A stretch of DNA of 63,898 nucleotides, filler included, from Chrysochromulina tobinii (lineage: Eukaryota): assembly GCA_001275005.1 (NCBI GenBank). It is 5 parts of 5 records of this genome, joined end to end, with 100 filler letters (N's around TTAATTAATTAA, not from the genome) between each part and the next. Parts side by side here need not be neighbours in the genome. Positions count along the whole stretch, not along the records: positions 34,732 to 58,704 come from JWZX01000970.1; 4 more parts are not named here. One strand, written 5' to 3'. Below are positions 43,101-55,518 of the stretch, one piece after another (the stretch's first letter is position 1; every line of letters starts with the position of its first letter). The notes under the pieces were generated by a model. It was not told where the DNA came from and did no database searches. It saw only the letters and a program-made list of their open reading frames with translations. A program made the translations under genes and the position numbers.

Positions 43101-46100
43101 CTTCCGCTTCGTCTGCGCGAGCGAGCTCGCGATCTCGGCGTATTCGAGATGGCCCGAGCCGTCCGCGTCGAGCGCGTGGAAGACCGCCTCCACATCCTCG
43201 TCCAGAAACCCCGCCTCGGCCGACAAGCCCAGCGCACGGATGCCATGTGTGAACTCGGCGAGGTCGATGGAGCCGTTCTTGTCCGAGTCCCAAGCCATGA
43301 AAAGTGTCACGATGCGCGAGGCAGCAGCCGCGAGGCGTTCGAGGACCACCGATTGCACGTACTCACGCCGGTTGATGGTGCCAGAGCCGTCCAGGTCGAT
43401 GGCCCGAAAACGTGCGCGCAGCATCTTGTCGTGCAGCAGCTCGGCATTCGGCTCCGTCCTGCGCACGAGCGCGCAGTATGCCTCAAAGTCAATCTCGACA
43501 GCCTCGCCGCCGTCAGCATCGAGCTCGCCACCGCTACCGAGCAGCGCCGCCATGCCGTCTTCACGAAGCTCAACGCCATCCGAGGCACGCAACGAGACAC
43601 GGCGCACGGGCACCAGGTTGCCCTTGGCATCGCGTGGATACCTGATGAGGGATGCATTCATACGCAATCATACGCAATCCAGATGCAATCCAGATGCAAT
43701 TAAGGAGCGTGGGCAGGTACTTGATGAGGCGATTATGAGGTCATCAGTGCCAATCAATGGTCATCAGTGCCAATCCTTGGAGCTCACCTGATGAGAGGAT
43801 TACTCAGAGGTCATCAGTGGCAATCAGAGGTCATCATTGCCAATCCTAGGTGTCGCGTGCGGTACCTCGCCATGAACCCTTCGCCGAGCTGCAGCTGCAG
43901 CCCACGGCGCGTCGTGTAGGCGGTGAGCAGTAGGGGCAAGTTCAAGATTGGGTCGGAGACGCCGCCGCCGCCGCCCGCGCCCTTATCGCCGCCCTCGAGC
44001 GCGTCGGCGCTCTGAGCCGAGGCGGCAGCGACGGCCGCTAGGAAATCTTTGAAGGTGATGCGCCCGTCGTCGTCGCCGAAGTTGCTCGTGCCGTCGCCGG
44101 TCGTGTCTAGGCTCTGTAGAGTTTTGCCGACCGTACCGGTAATCGAGTGCGGCGCGTCCGGGTTGGCGACGTCGATATCTCGGAGCACCTCGAGGATCTC
44201 CGCGAGCGAGATCGAGCCTCGGCCGTCGTGGTCCAGCTCCTTGAACGCCTCGCGCATCTGGAGCTGCGCGCCCTCGGATAGAGCGCCTCCCTGAGGGGCC
44301 GCGACCGCGATGTGACCTACCGGCGCGTGCTTTTGGAGCCATGAGGCAACCGCCCACCCATACACCTTGGGCGGCTGCAGCGACTCGAGAGGCTTACGCT
44401 TCAGCACCGCGAGCATCGCGTGCTGCTTGAGCTGCCCAGGCACGCGCACGAGCATCGGGCGTTCGATGAACTCGAAGCGCGACCGGTTGGCTTGCGAGGT
44501 CGGCCAGTCGACAAGAACGGGATGCTCCGCAGTGCAGAACGCGAGCATCTGTGAGGCGAGTTGGAGCGGCTCGCCAATGAGCATGTACTCTCGGCGCGTC
44601 TCGCTGCCCGCCGAGCCGATCCAGACTTTGCCGGTGAGCACCACCGCGAAGGACTCGATCCCGAGAGGACGCAGCTCGGAGCGCACCTAATTAGGGGCGC
44701 AATCATGGCTCATCAGATGCAATCAAGTCATCAAGAGGGCGCAGCTCGGAGCGCACCTCCGTGGCCGCCTGCATGGCGCCCAGCGCACAGCCCACTTCCG
44801 AGTGCTCGAAGGGAGGCAGCCCGAGGCAACCGACGACCGTGCACCCCTCTTCCGACTGAATCATATGCTTAAAGGTCCCCCTGCACTTGTACAGGGCGCG
44901 CTGGAAGAGAGCCGTCGCCGCCGTGTACGCGGCCACTTGGTTCATCCGAGAGGCTACCATCGGGGGCTTGAGGCGCACCAAGAGGAGAGTGACTATGCGC
45001 GTCTCGGAAGGCTTCACAATCCAGTCGGCGTCGTTGGCGAGGATCCGCCCCCAAATCGGTCCGGGCACGTACCTGTGGGGAAAAGGGAACACGCGCCATG
45101 GTGAGCACTCGCATGCTAGGCGAGGATCCGCCCCAAATCGGTCCGGGCACGTACCTGATGAGCGAGGCAATCAGAGGCCATCAGAGGCCATCAGAGGCCA
45201 TCAGAGGCCATCAGAGGCCATCAGAGGCCATCAGAGGCCATCAGAGGCCATCAGAGGCCATCAGGGAGGCAATCAGGAGCCATCAGGGGGCACGTACGAG
45301 CGGAGCGCCTTGAGCGGCACGCGTCTCATATACTCCTCCCGTTCGGCCTGCGCGGCGACACCCAGGGCCTCCGAGCCTGCCGCGTACGGCGCGAGGCCAT
45401 TCTCGACGGGCAGTCGTTTCCATTCCTCGAGCCCCATCGCGGGTTGGAGGGCTGTCATGCCGTACTCGCCCCACAGACCCTCACCGATGAGGAGCTCGCC
45501 CGGTTCACACCTCGATAAGACCTCCTGAGCTGCCGCGAGCTCGGCCCCGCAGACGACGTACTCCCACCTGCCGTTGGCACCGCCCACGTGCATCGCCTGC
45601 GCCCTAGCGAGATGCAGGCAGCCGCTCACATGGAGCCGGAAAGAGAGGCCGCCCTCCGCCTCCACGCGCTGCGCCTCCTTAACCGCATCAAGAAAGCTCA
45701 GTCCCCCGCTCCCCTTGTTTGCCGCCTTAGGCCGTAGCGCCCCAAACTTCGGAGTCTTCTCTCGGGACTTGGGTCGATACCCATCCCCGCCCGTGCCGTG
45801 CGCGCTCATGCGCGCCCAGAGCGATTTATTGGGCTTGTCCTCGGACGCGGCCTCCGAGGCCGCGGCAGGCGTGGCGGCGGCGGCAGGTGTGGCGGCTGCG
45901 GCAGGCGTGGCGGCATCGGCAGGCGTGGCGGCTGCGGCAGGCGTGGCAGCTGCGGGCTCGGCAGCCGGAGTCTTGGGGTGTCCCAGAGGCTCAGGCCGCC
46001 ATAGGACGAGGTTATTGAGCTGCTCGAGCGTCTCGAGCGCCGCTGCACTCGCCGCATTCACCGCCTGCTTCATCGCCGCAGCTGACGGTTGTGACGCGCT

Positions 46101-46664
46101 CGGTGGCTGCGGGGCATCGGACGCGTCCAGTGTGCTGTCGCCCTCGACATCGGGCGCGAGCGACCAGACGGCGAGCGCCATGTCGCCAGCCAGGCGCAGC
46201 AGCTCGCCACCGCGCTGCGCCACCACGGATGCGATCGTGGAGGCCACCTTTGCCACGCGCTCTGCGGTGCCGTTGGCGTCGGCTGGCCATGGTAGCTCGG
46301 GCAATGAGTGCATGCCAGTGAGGCGCAAGCAGAGGTAGACGCCGAAACGCTCGCGCGGGAGCCGTGGGTTGTACGCCTCATTGTGCACGCCATCGTGCAG
46401 CTGCAAGATCAGCCCAGTGGGCAGGTATGAGGCGATCGCCAGATGCACGCGCCGCTCCTTGGACAGCTTGGTGGCCGTGCTGATGGCGCCGAGCACATTG
46501 CCGCTGATCTTCGCACCGCGCTTCCACGCTCTCGAATGCAAGTTGATGCCACGACTGGGAGCAACGACTGCACGTGTGGCATTGGGCGGTGATGTGGGAG
46601 CAACGACTGCACGTGTCGCCTTGGACGGTGACGAGGGAGCGAGCGCTTCCTTGGCCTGGTCCAT
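40163..46664 (-). CDS. Multi-exon protein: degenerate soluble-adenylyl-cyclase-like double domain + EF-hands + low-complexity region + ankyrin repeat; introns 45073-45297, 44687-44756, 43642-43865; frame change near 42640
   Basis: GGELLRLAGDMALAVW, HVGGANGRWEYVVCG, RREYMLIGEPLQLASQML; EF loops DHDGRGSISLAE, DLDGSGTINRRE, DSDKNGSIDLAE, DADGSGHLEYAE; ankyrin GATALEAARSRGNQAIIEYLLEHG. Confidence 0.65.
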
Positions 46665-46994
46665 CGGCACGCCTCAGCGCTCAACAACTTCGAGTGTCGT
46701 TACATGTACATTCGTGCGGTGCCTGATTACCATGAAACAGTTTTGTCCGACGAGCACGCGACCCTTCCCTTCCGTGAATTCACTGTCTTGCCGAAACCCG
46801 ACACAATTGTCTTGCCGAAACTCGGAAAAACTACGACGTAGAGTGCAGACGTAGATGATGGCGACTTTGCTGCTGCAGATTCACAGCCTTGCCGGCGATC
46901 TGACCCCTGCCGAGCGCGCCGCACTCATCTGCGACGAAGCGTATTGGAAGCGACTTTGTCCAAAGCTGCACGTCGGCTGCTCCTGAAGCCCGCG

Positions 46995-49900
46995 ATGGCG
47001 CCTGAAGCCCCTGAGGTTCCTTCCGAGGAATGGGGATGGTCTCGAACGGCCTTGGAGCGCTTCAGCGCGCGGACGGCCCTCACTTGGGTCGATGCCTCGG
47101 TGAGGCCCGCGAATGCACGCTCCGTGACTTACGCATCGCTCGTTGCATGCGCGTCCAAGGTGACCGATCTCATCCGTCGTCTGGATGACGAAACGCCTGC
47201 CTCGTCGCCGATCGCATTATGCCTCGACAATGGCCTAAGCTTCGTCACGTGCATGCTCGGCGCTCTGTGGGCGGGTCACTCCTTCATGCCCGTGGCGATC
47301 GACCCGCAGGTGATCCAGATGCAGATGCTCGGCATGCTGGCCCAGATGCATGTGAAGATCCTCTTCTGTGCCCCCGAGCTCGTGCCCGCCGTGCAGGCCG
47401 TCGTCGCACGGTGCGCGCACCCCGTGCACGTGTGCGTGCTCGACGACGACGAAGTCCTCTTTCCCGCCAAGGCGCGGCACTGCATGGCCCTGGCGCGTTC
47501 ACTGTACGGGGCATACAGTGACGCGCCGGTGCTGCCCGCGCTGCCAAGAGCGCGTTGCCACGAGCGCGTGTGTACGTTCCACACCTCGGGTACTACGGGT
47601 ACGCCCAAACCGATCCACAACAGTCACGCCGAGTGGGCCGCGTTCGTACGAGCCGCCGCGGCGGCGTATCACATGACGGCGGACTCTCGTGTCTTCGTCG
47701 CGACCTCCCATATCTTCGACCCGTCGGCAGGTCTCACCTTTGCCGCACTCGCTCTGGGCGCGTCGGCATGCCTCGCGCCGTGGGCGCACACGCTCACCGA
47801 GCTGCGCGCCTCGATCGAGCTGACGCACGCAACCCATGCGTGCTCGACACCGTCCGTTTGGGAGCTGTATGAATTAGGTATGCATCACGCCGCCGACGAC
47901 GACGACGCGCAACACACCGCCGCCACCACCGCCGCGCATCACGCCTCCGCCTCCGCCTCCGCCGCCGCCTCAACCACCGCCTCCGCCACCGCCACCGCCA
48001 CCGCCACCGCCACGCTGCCACACGCCGCCGCCTCTGGCACACCCCCTGGCACGCCCCGCGACTCTGAGCCCATATTAGGCAATGGCACGCCCCGCGACTC
48101 TGAGCCCAAATTGGGCGACTCGCCCATATTAGGCAATCTGACGCCGTCGTCGACGTTGCAGACGGTGATGCTCGGGGGGGAACCGATGCCTGTTGCGCTG
48201 GTACGCCGTTGGCTTCGGCGCGGCGTGCGGCTCATCAACACGTACGGCACGACAGAGGCCACCGTGTACCAAGCGACACACGAAATCCCACAGGACGTTG
48301 CTGAGCTTGACGAGGAAACGATCCGCGAGCACGCTCATACCATCGGCATCCCATTTGAGGGCATCCAGATGAGCGTGATTCGGTGCGCCGATGATGACGA
48401 GGGCCATCAAGAAGCTGGAGGGATGGCAAGAGCAATGGGCAGCGTTGGTACCGTCCAGGCAGCAGCTGCGGAGCAGGCGGGGGAAGAGGCGGAGGCGAGG
48501 GGGGGGCTAGTCGAGCTTGTGCTGCATGGGGTCCAGGTCGACGGCGGAAGCGCGGCGGGATTTCGCACCGGCGACCTCGTCCGTCGGTCAGTATCGGGTC
48601 AGTGGCTCTTTGCAGGGCGCGCGGATCGACAGGTCAAGCTCGACGGGCGGCGCATCGAGCTCGGCCCGATTGAAGAAGTCATCAGTCGTAGGATGCGCCC
48701 GCTTGTGCAGCGGACGGTCGTGCAGCTCGTAGGCTCCCCTCGCCGCTTGCATGCCTTCTGTCAGCTCGAGCAACCAGAGTCTCTCGGAGCTGCCTCTGGC
48801 GAGCTGGCAATGGCGCACGCCGCGACGGTGCGTCAGCTCTGCGCGCTCGAGCTGCCGCGCTACTTGGTCCCCGCCGGTGTCACGTTCCTAGAGCGACTAC
48901 CCGTGACTCCCACAGGAAAGCTAGATCAACGGACCCTTGCGCTCCTGCACGAGCGCCAGTGCTCCTTGGCCGCCAGCGCGGAGCTCTGTGCGCGCTCCGA
49001 GGAATCTGCCCGTGACGGCATGTGGTCACCAGACGGCAGCTGGCTGCACACAGTTGCATGCTGCTGGGCTGCGGAGCTTGGCTTGCCGCTAAGCCGGCTG
49101 AGTGCGCGCTCCAACTTCCAACGGCTGAGCGGCAACTCGCTCGTGGCGCTTCGCATTGGCTCACGGCTCTGGCAGCAGCGCGTGTCATGCCGGGCGGAGC
49201 TTGGAGGTGACCGAATTTGTCACTCGGAGTTTGGAGGCGCCTTTGGAGAGCGGATGGGCGTCTTTGCGCCGATCACTCTGCTGACTACGCCGGTGCTCGA
49301 GGAGTACGCTCAGGCTACGGCGCCTGCCGCGTCGGAAGCTGCCTTCGATGAAGCTCCCTCGACGGAGGAGGTGGTTTCAATACCCCTCGACGAAGCTCCC
49401 TCGACAGAGGAGGTGGATTCAATACCCTTCGACGAAGCTCCCTCGACGGAGGAGGTGGATTCAATACCGGTGGCCGCTGCTCGGCCCACGCAGCTAGGGT
49501 CGTGCTCGGCCGACCCTAACTCTGCCGTCCGTCCGTCCTCGAGCTCATCGGAGATCGATGAGCTCGCGGGTCAGGCAGTGAGCCTGGACGCGGTCGCACT
49601 GCTGCGCCTGCTCCTGCTGCAGCACGACTACACGCACACGGTCGACAATGACCTTCTCATCGCCGCAGCGCGATCGAGCTCGAACGGTTGCGCGGAGCTA
49701 CTGCTGCAGCACGGTGCCTCACCCAACGCCATAGGGTTTGGTGCCTTGACGGCCCTGCACTTTGCCTTGCAGCGCCGGAACACGGTACTCGCGCAGCTCC
49801 TTCTGATGACCTCTGATTGCATGCTGATTGCCACTAATTGCCTCCTCGAGGCAGGTACTCGCGCAGCTCCTGCTGATGACCTCTGATTGCATGCTGATTG

Positions 49901-50649
49901 CCACTAATTGCCTCCTCGAGGCAGGTACTCGCGCAGCTCCTGCTGATGACCTCTGATTGCATGCTGATTGCCACTAATTGCCTCCTCGAGGCAGGTACTC
50001 GCGCAGCTCCTGCTGATGACCTTTGATTGCATGCTGATTGCCACTAATTGCCTCCTCGAGGCAGGTACTCGCGCAGCTCCTGCTGAGCAGCCGGGCCGAC
50101 GTGCGTGCGACGGACGAGAATCAGCAGACGGTGCTGCACCATGCTGCCCGTGCGGGAGGTGACGCGCTCTGCTTTGAGATGCTCCTCCGAAGCTATGCGG
50201 CAAGTACGTCCGAACCTGGAACACCTGGAGCAGCAGAGGCCGCAGAGACGGCAGAGACGGCAAGTGTGGCCGAGGTGCGGGCCGAAGCGCCGGAGCCTGG
50301 CATCGGTCGTGTCAGTAGTCACACAGGCACACATTCGCATTCACACGTCGATCATGAGGCGTGTGGGCGGCTGGACAAGTGGGGGCGACTGCCACTGCAC
50401 TGGGCGATCGTCAACGGCCATCGAGACGCGATGGTGGCGCTCGTCGAGGCGGGCAGCAACGTGTGGCTCCGAGACTTTCAGCATCAGTCGTCGATGGACT
50501 TGGCCGAGGAGAGAGCGATGTGCCGCGAGTGGTTGAATGGGTCCGGCAACGATGGCGGGAGGTGCGATCAGCTCACTCTCTCGATGCTCAAGCTGATGGC
50601 TGGTGGTGCGGATGCTGCCACGGCAGTGCGGTGCGAGACAAAGGTGTGA
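46995..50649 (+). CDS. NRPS-like adenylation + carrier (T) domain + ankyrin repeats; intron 49785-50064, possible in-frame intron ~47878-48132
   Basis: FHTSGTTGTPK, NTYGTTEAT, FRTGDL, GRADRQVKLDGRRIELG, LPVTPTGKLD; carrier NFQRLSGNSLVAL; ankyrins TALHFA, TVLHHAA, LPLHWAIVNGH. Confidence 0.85.
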
Positions 50650-50950
50650 GTTGAGCTTTCGTATCGTAGATAGGTAACCTCAACAGGATTACATATGAAA
50701 TAACGTGAATGCGTGTCCGTGTCGCGTGTGTTGTCTGTTCCTGTTCGCTGTTGAATCCTTCGATCATGGATCAATACGAAAAATCGTGCGAACGTCGAAC
50801 GAGCCGTTTCACAGGATTGTGGCGGCGCAACGAGCGTTCACACACGCCACCAGACAGATAAGACCCCAGTGCGCGGGGGGGCCGCGACGAAACTTTACGC
50901 GAGACGAAAAAGTAGCACGACCACGCAAATTTCGTCAAGCACGCTTTTTT

Positions 50951-52181
50951 ATGCTCGTTCTGTATACCCCTGTTGTCGCCTCCGTGATGTGGTCCGCCGC
51001 AACGGCAGGGCCGCCAGACTTCTCCAACGTCAGCTACGCCGACTTTCAGCACCAGTACGGCCGCGAGCCCTATGCCCTCCTCGGTGGCCTCAACCGTGAG
51101 GCGCTGTTTGAGGAGAACAAGAAGAAGGTGCTTGCGCAGAATGTCAAGTACGCAGCCGGCGATTCAACATGGTGGGCGGCCATCAACGAGTATGCCGATT
51201 GGACGGACGCCGAGTTTGCCTCGCAGAAGACCAGCCGCAGCCCCATCCTCGGCAACCTCAAGGCATCCGGCCGCGCACTGGTCGAGGAGCGCGCCAACAA
51301 CCCTGCTGCCTTTGACTGGCGCACCCGTTCGCCTTCCATCACGACGCCCGTGAAGAACCAGGCCTCTTGCGGCTCGTGCTGGGCCTTCGCGAGCACTGCC
51401 GTGCTCGAAAGCCACTACGCACTGTATGCCAAGTCCAAGGGCCTTCTCGTCCTCGCACCGCAAACGCTCGTCAACTGCGCCCCCAACAATCTCCACTGCG
51501 GCGGCACCGGCGGATGCGAGGGCTCGATCCCGGAGCTCGCGTTCAACGTAAGGAGATCGCAGTCGAACCACTCCCTTGCGCGCTCCTGACTCATCGGTGA
51601 CGCCAGCGCTCACCACGGCGCTCGCGTTCGACTGCTCCTCGCCGAGCGATGCGCGCGCGTCTCCGCAGTACACGATCGCACACGGCATTGCTCTCGAGAG
51701 TGACCTGCCGTACGAGGCGCACGACGAGCCGTGCGACGAGTCCGTGCCCAAGGCGGTCACGGCCACCTCGTACGTCAAGCTCCCCGAGAACTCGGGAGCT
51801 GCACTCGAGATCGCGATCTCGACCGTTGGACCGATCGCCGTCAACGTGGCCGCAAACTGGAAAATCTACGGCGGCGGCATCTTCTCGGGGGGCTGCGACA
51901 CGAACGCATGCACGCTCAACCACGTGGTGGTGGCCGAGGGCTATTCGCAGCCGGGCGCGACCGACCCGGAGGGTTACTGGACCATCCGCAACTCGTGGGG
52001 CGAGGGGTGGGGCGAGAAGGGCTACATTCGACTCTCTCGAAAGTTCGATAACACCACGTTCGTGGACACGGACCCGGCCTCGGGCGTGGCGTGTATGCCC
52101 TTCCCGCGCACTCAGATCGTCGGTGGCGAGTCAGGCCTCCTCTTCGACATGAGCTACCCGACCGGCATGAAGGATGCGTGA
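50951..52181 (+). CDS. Papain-family cysteine protease (cathepsin L-like); intron 51548-51668
   Basis: Signal and propeptide (INEYADWT), FDWR, KNQASCGSCWAF, NHVVVAEGY, YWTIRNSWGEGWGEKGY. Confidence 0.92.
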
Positions 52182-52787
52182 AACAAAGACTCACACAGAG
52201 GCAGAAAAGGTGGCGAAAAATATTCTCGCAGGACTCTCGCACGCAGAGTTGCCAGTTGGCCCCGAGGGTTGTACACGGAGGCGGTCAATCCATGCGGAAC
52301 CCGGTCTTTTCTACTGTTTTCAGCGATGAAAAGTATCGCGTAGTACTACGGCTACGCTACCGTCGGTATGAGTAACTCAGTATCAACCAATCAAGTAACG
52401 TAATCAAGAGAGAAGAGTCGCAACCGAACGGAGCGGTAACGGTACCCGGGCTCGCCCGCGCGAGATACTTCCGAGACTTCAAGTCTGCCGGAGCAAGCGG
52501 CGGACCAGCGGAGGCCGTCCGGACGAGACCGTCGCGTATGGGCGATCTGTATTATATAAAGTCAAGAGTAAGTGGAAGCGTAAGATCTTAATAACAGTCT
52601 TGCTCAGGTGAGTTGTGACCGTCTCGAGCGGTCGGCGGTGCGTCGTCCGTGTTCCGGCCGAATAGGGATCGGCCACTCCAAGATGTGTCCGAGATGTGGG
52701 TCCGAGATGTGTCCGAATAGGGATCGGCCACTCCGACACATCGTCGAGCAGCGTCCGTCCGGGACGCACAGTGCTTTGAATCAAGCC

Positions 52788-54689
52788 TCAACTGATGATG
52801 GTGATGCGCCTTCGCTGCGGGGTGATTGTGGGCCGAGGGTCCAGCTCCGATGGTGGGGGCAGCTTAGGTGTGGGGAGCTCAGATGGGAGCATCTGTGGAA
52901 GCATCTGTGGGAGGATGGCGTCTGATTGCGTCTGATTGCGTCTGATAGCCTCACTCATCAGATGGCCTCCCTCATTAAGCATCTGCGGAAGGATGGTGTC
53001 TGATTGCGTCTGATTGCGTCTGATAGCCTCACTCATCGGATGGCCTCCCTCATCAGGCATCTGTGGAAGGATAGTGACGCGCCTCCTCTGCGACCGAACA
53101 GGCATCGAGGGATGAGGGAGCAGCGCCGGCGGTGGCGGCGGCGCAGGTGGTGGCAGTGCGCCAGCGCTCAACGTGACGGTGCCAACGGTCGTGGCGGGCC
53201 GTGGCAGCAGAGCTGGTGACCACGCAGCTGGTGTCTTCACAGCTGGTGTCTTCACAGCTGGTGTCTTCACAGCTGGTGTCTTCACAGCTGGTGTCTTCAC
53301 GGCTGGTGTCTTCATGGTCTGCGTCAGCGGTGGTCCTACCGGTGGAGCGCCGTGTTGGGCATTTGGCGCGCTGACCATGAGCGTACTCAGCGTATCGAGG
53401 AGCACATCGCGATCACGCCGCGCCGCATGCTTCTCACGATCCGCCTGCAGCAAGGCCGCCTGTGTCTTCGCAAGCTCGGCAGATCGGCTAGCGAGCTGGC
53501 TCGCGAGATCCTCAAGGCTGGCGAGCTCCGCAGATCGGCTCGCGAGCACAGCGGTGCGCGCCTCGGCGGCCTCGAGAGTCTCCCGAGATCGGATCTCGGC
53601 GCCAATCTCGGCGCCAATCTCGGCGCGCGCCTCGGCGGCCTCGAGAGTCTCCCGAGCCGATCTCGCGAGCTCGGCGGCCTCGAGTATCTCGGCGTCCATC
53701 TCGGCGCCAATCTCTCTCGAATCATGAGCGCCCTCCCTAAGCTCCTCGCCGATCAACCTGCTCACGACAGCGCTCTCGCGCACGACAGCGCCCTCCCTCA
53801 GCTCCTCGCCGAGCAACCTGCGAGCGGCGATGGCGAGGCCGTCGGTGGGCAGGGTGCTGCGAGGATGCCGCCGCTCGACGACAGCGCTGCCGCTCGGCGA
53901 CGTCGGCAGGCTTTCCAAGCTCTCCCGAAGCTTCATAAAGGGGTGTGCTTTCTCACACCATTGGCTCCATGCAGGGAGGAGTCGGCGCATGTACAGTGCG
54001 GCCAATGCGGGTGCGAGGCGCCGCTCCTCAAGCTTCCGAACTCGAGCGTGCGCGCGTAGCCGACGCAGCGCTCCACGGCAACTGTGGATGCGATATAGGC
54101 TAGCGGCGACGTGGCGCTCGATGCCGTTCAGCAGAACCAGCCGGCACGCCGCTATCCACCTATGGACTGCGCGCTTGCACGCTGCGCACCATCGTAGCCT
54201 CTGAGCCTCTTGCGTACTCAATGCGTGCCAAAGCGCGAGACATCGCAGCGTGGAAAAGCAGCGGCTGACGCGGTGCACGTCCGCCCGTACGACGAGCCGG
54301 TCGACAGAGCGAAACGCACGTAGCTTCTGCAGATTCCTGCGCAGCCACCACTCAGCTGCACTCTCGAGAGCGCTCCGGAGCGCCAGCCGTTTCGAGACGA
54401 AGCGTCGCCATTTCGCCCATCGGAGCCGCTCATCTGTCAACTGGTCAGAGCTCAGCTTGCGCAGACCAGCGAAATTGCGCTCCTCTGGTGGTGCCGGTCT
54501 CGACCATCGCTCCACTCGTCGCTGTGCGAACACCTTCTTGAAGTGCCGTTCTCGGAAGTGCACCGGGCAGAGCAACTCGCCCGTGCTCGTATCGACGCAC
54601 GCCAGCGCGCGCTCGACTGGCCGCGCACATACGGCGCAGGTTCCATCCGCAGGGCGCAGCTCTCTGGCGCTCGAGGGCCACATGAGCAT
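52788..54689 (-). CDS. Hypothetical protein: N-terminal Cys/His zinc-finger-like motif, Trp/Arg (Sfi1-like) helical repeats, coiled coil, (VKTPA)n repeat
   Basis: CAVC...LCPVH motif; periodic W residues; 15-nt tandem repeat at about 53225-53312. Confidence 0.5.
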   Translation of the reverse strand: MLMWPSSARELRPADGTCAVCARPVERALACVDTSTGELLCPVHFRERHFKKVFAQRRVERWSRPAPPEERNFAGLRKLSSDQLTDERLRWAKWRRFVSKRLALRSALESAAEWWLRRNLQKLRAFRSVDRLVVRADVHRVSRCFSTLRCLALWHALSTQEAQRLRWCAACKRAVHRWIAACRLVLLNGIERHVAASLYRIHSCRGALRRLRAHARVRKLEERRLAPALAALYMRRLLPAWSQWCEKAHPFMKLRESLESLPTSPSGSAVVERRHPRSTLPTDGLAIAARRLLGEELREGAVVRESAVVSRLIGEELREGAHDSREIGAEMDAEILEAAELARSARETLEAAEARAEIGAEIGAEIRSRETLEAAEARTAVLASRSAELASLEDLASQLASRSAELAKTQAALLQADREKHAARRDRDVLLDTLSTLMVSAPNAQHGAPPVGPPLTQTMKTPAVKTPAVKTPAVKTPAVKTPAVKTPAAWSPALLPRPATTVGTVTLSAGALPPPAPPPPPALLPHPSMPVRSQRRRVTILPQMPDEGGHPMSEAIRRNQTQSDTILPQMLNEGGHLMSEAIRRNQTQSDAILPQMLPQMLPSELPTPKLPPPSELDPRPTITPQRRRITIIS

Positions 54690-55518
54690 CGTGTTCTGCA
54701 ATCGTGTTCGATCGCCTTTGTGAACGTGAACAGGGTTTGTGAACGTGAACAGGTTTTTGAACGTGAACACGACACACGCGTTGTGTGTGAACAAGAATGT
54801 AGACACAACTCGGCCACTAGGAATCCATAGTAGGAAATCCCTAGTAAGATAGATTATTAAGGAGGCGTGGAGGGCGTAGGTACGTGTAGCCGCCCATGGT
54901 CGCCCACCTCGTTAGTTACTTGAACTTGAACTTGAAATTGAACTTGAACACTTGAATGGTACGGTCCGGTGAGACAAAAGACAACTTTTCTAAGCACTAA
55001 GGAGGGCGTACAGGCCCTTCAGTAGTATACATGTAGTATCTTGGGGGGTTGTCGTGTCTTGACTCTTGTTGAGATAGTTCTAGAGAAAGACTACGGGAGT
55101 GAAATGGGCGGGAATGGGCGGTTCATATATTGGCTCTATTGCGTCATGCTAAACGTTGCGTATGCCGTATCGTTAAGTATCGGCCGCCGCACGCGCCGCC
55201 GGGGGCGCGTCACCGTCTTATCACCGTCATATAACTCGAGCCTGCGCACGACCGTGCAAGCCTGCAACGCGTCCGTCGACGCTCTCGAAGTGTTGCTGTC
55301 GGGCACTGACATCGCGAATCTATTTCGCTGAAGTCTCAGAAGGTCGGGTGTGTGCATTATATAAATCGGTCCCCTTGCATGCTCGTATACATGTAGTACG
55401 TCTGTAGCGTCTGGGAGCATCATGGTGAGTACGTGAGAGCTCACACAGGACGTATCTGGGTAATATGTACCTCCCACCAATCATCAGTCAGTCCGCGGCG
55501 ATGGAGTGCAGTAGCTCG

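Noticed and set aside
49785..50064. Regular repeats here and at 58024-58337 as possible CRISPR arrays
   Set aside because: No unique spacers, no cas genes, eukaryotic context; they are tandem intron units.
54720..54950. (GTGAAC)n and (TTGAAC)n runs, also near 14920-14940, as promoter motifs
   Set aside because: Few instances; indistinguishable from simple repeats without TSS data.
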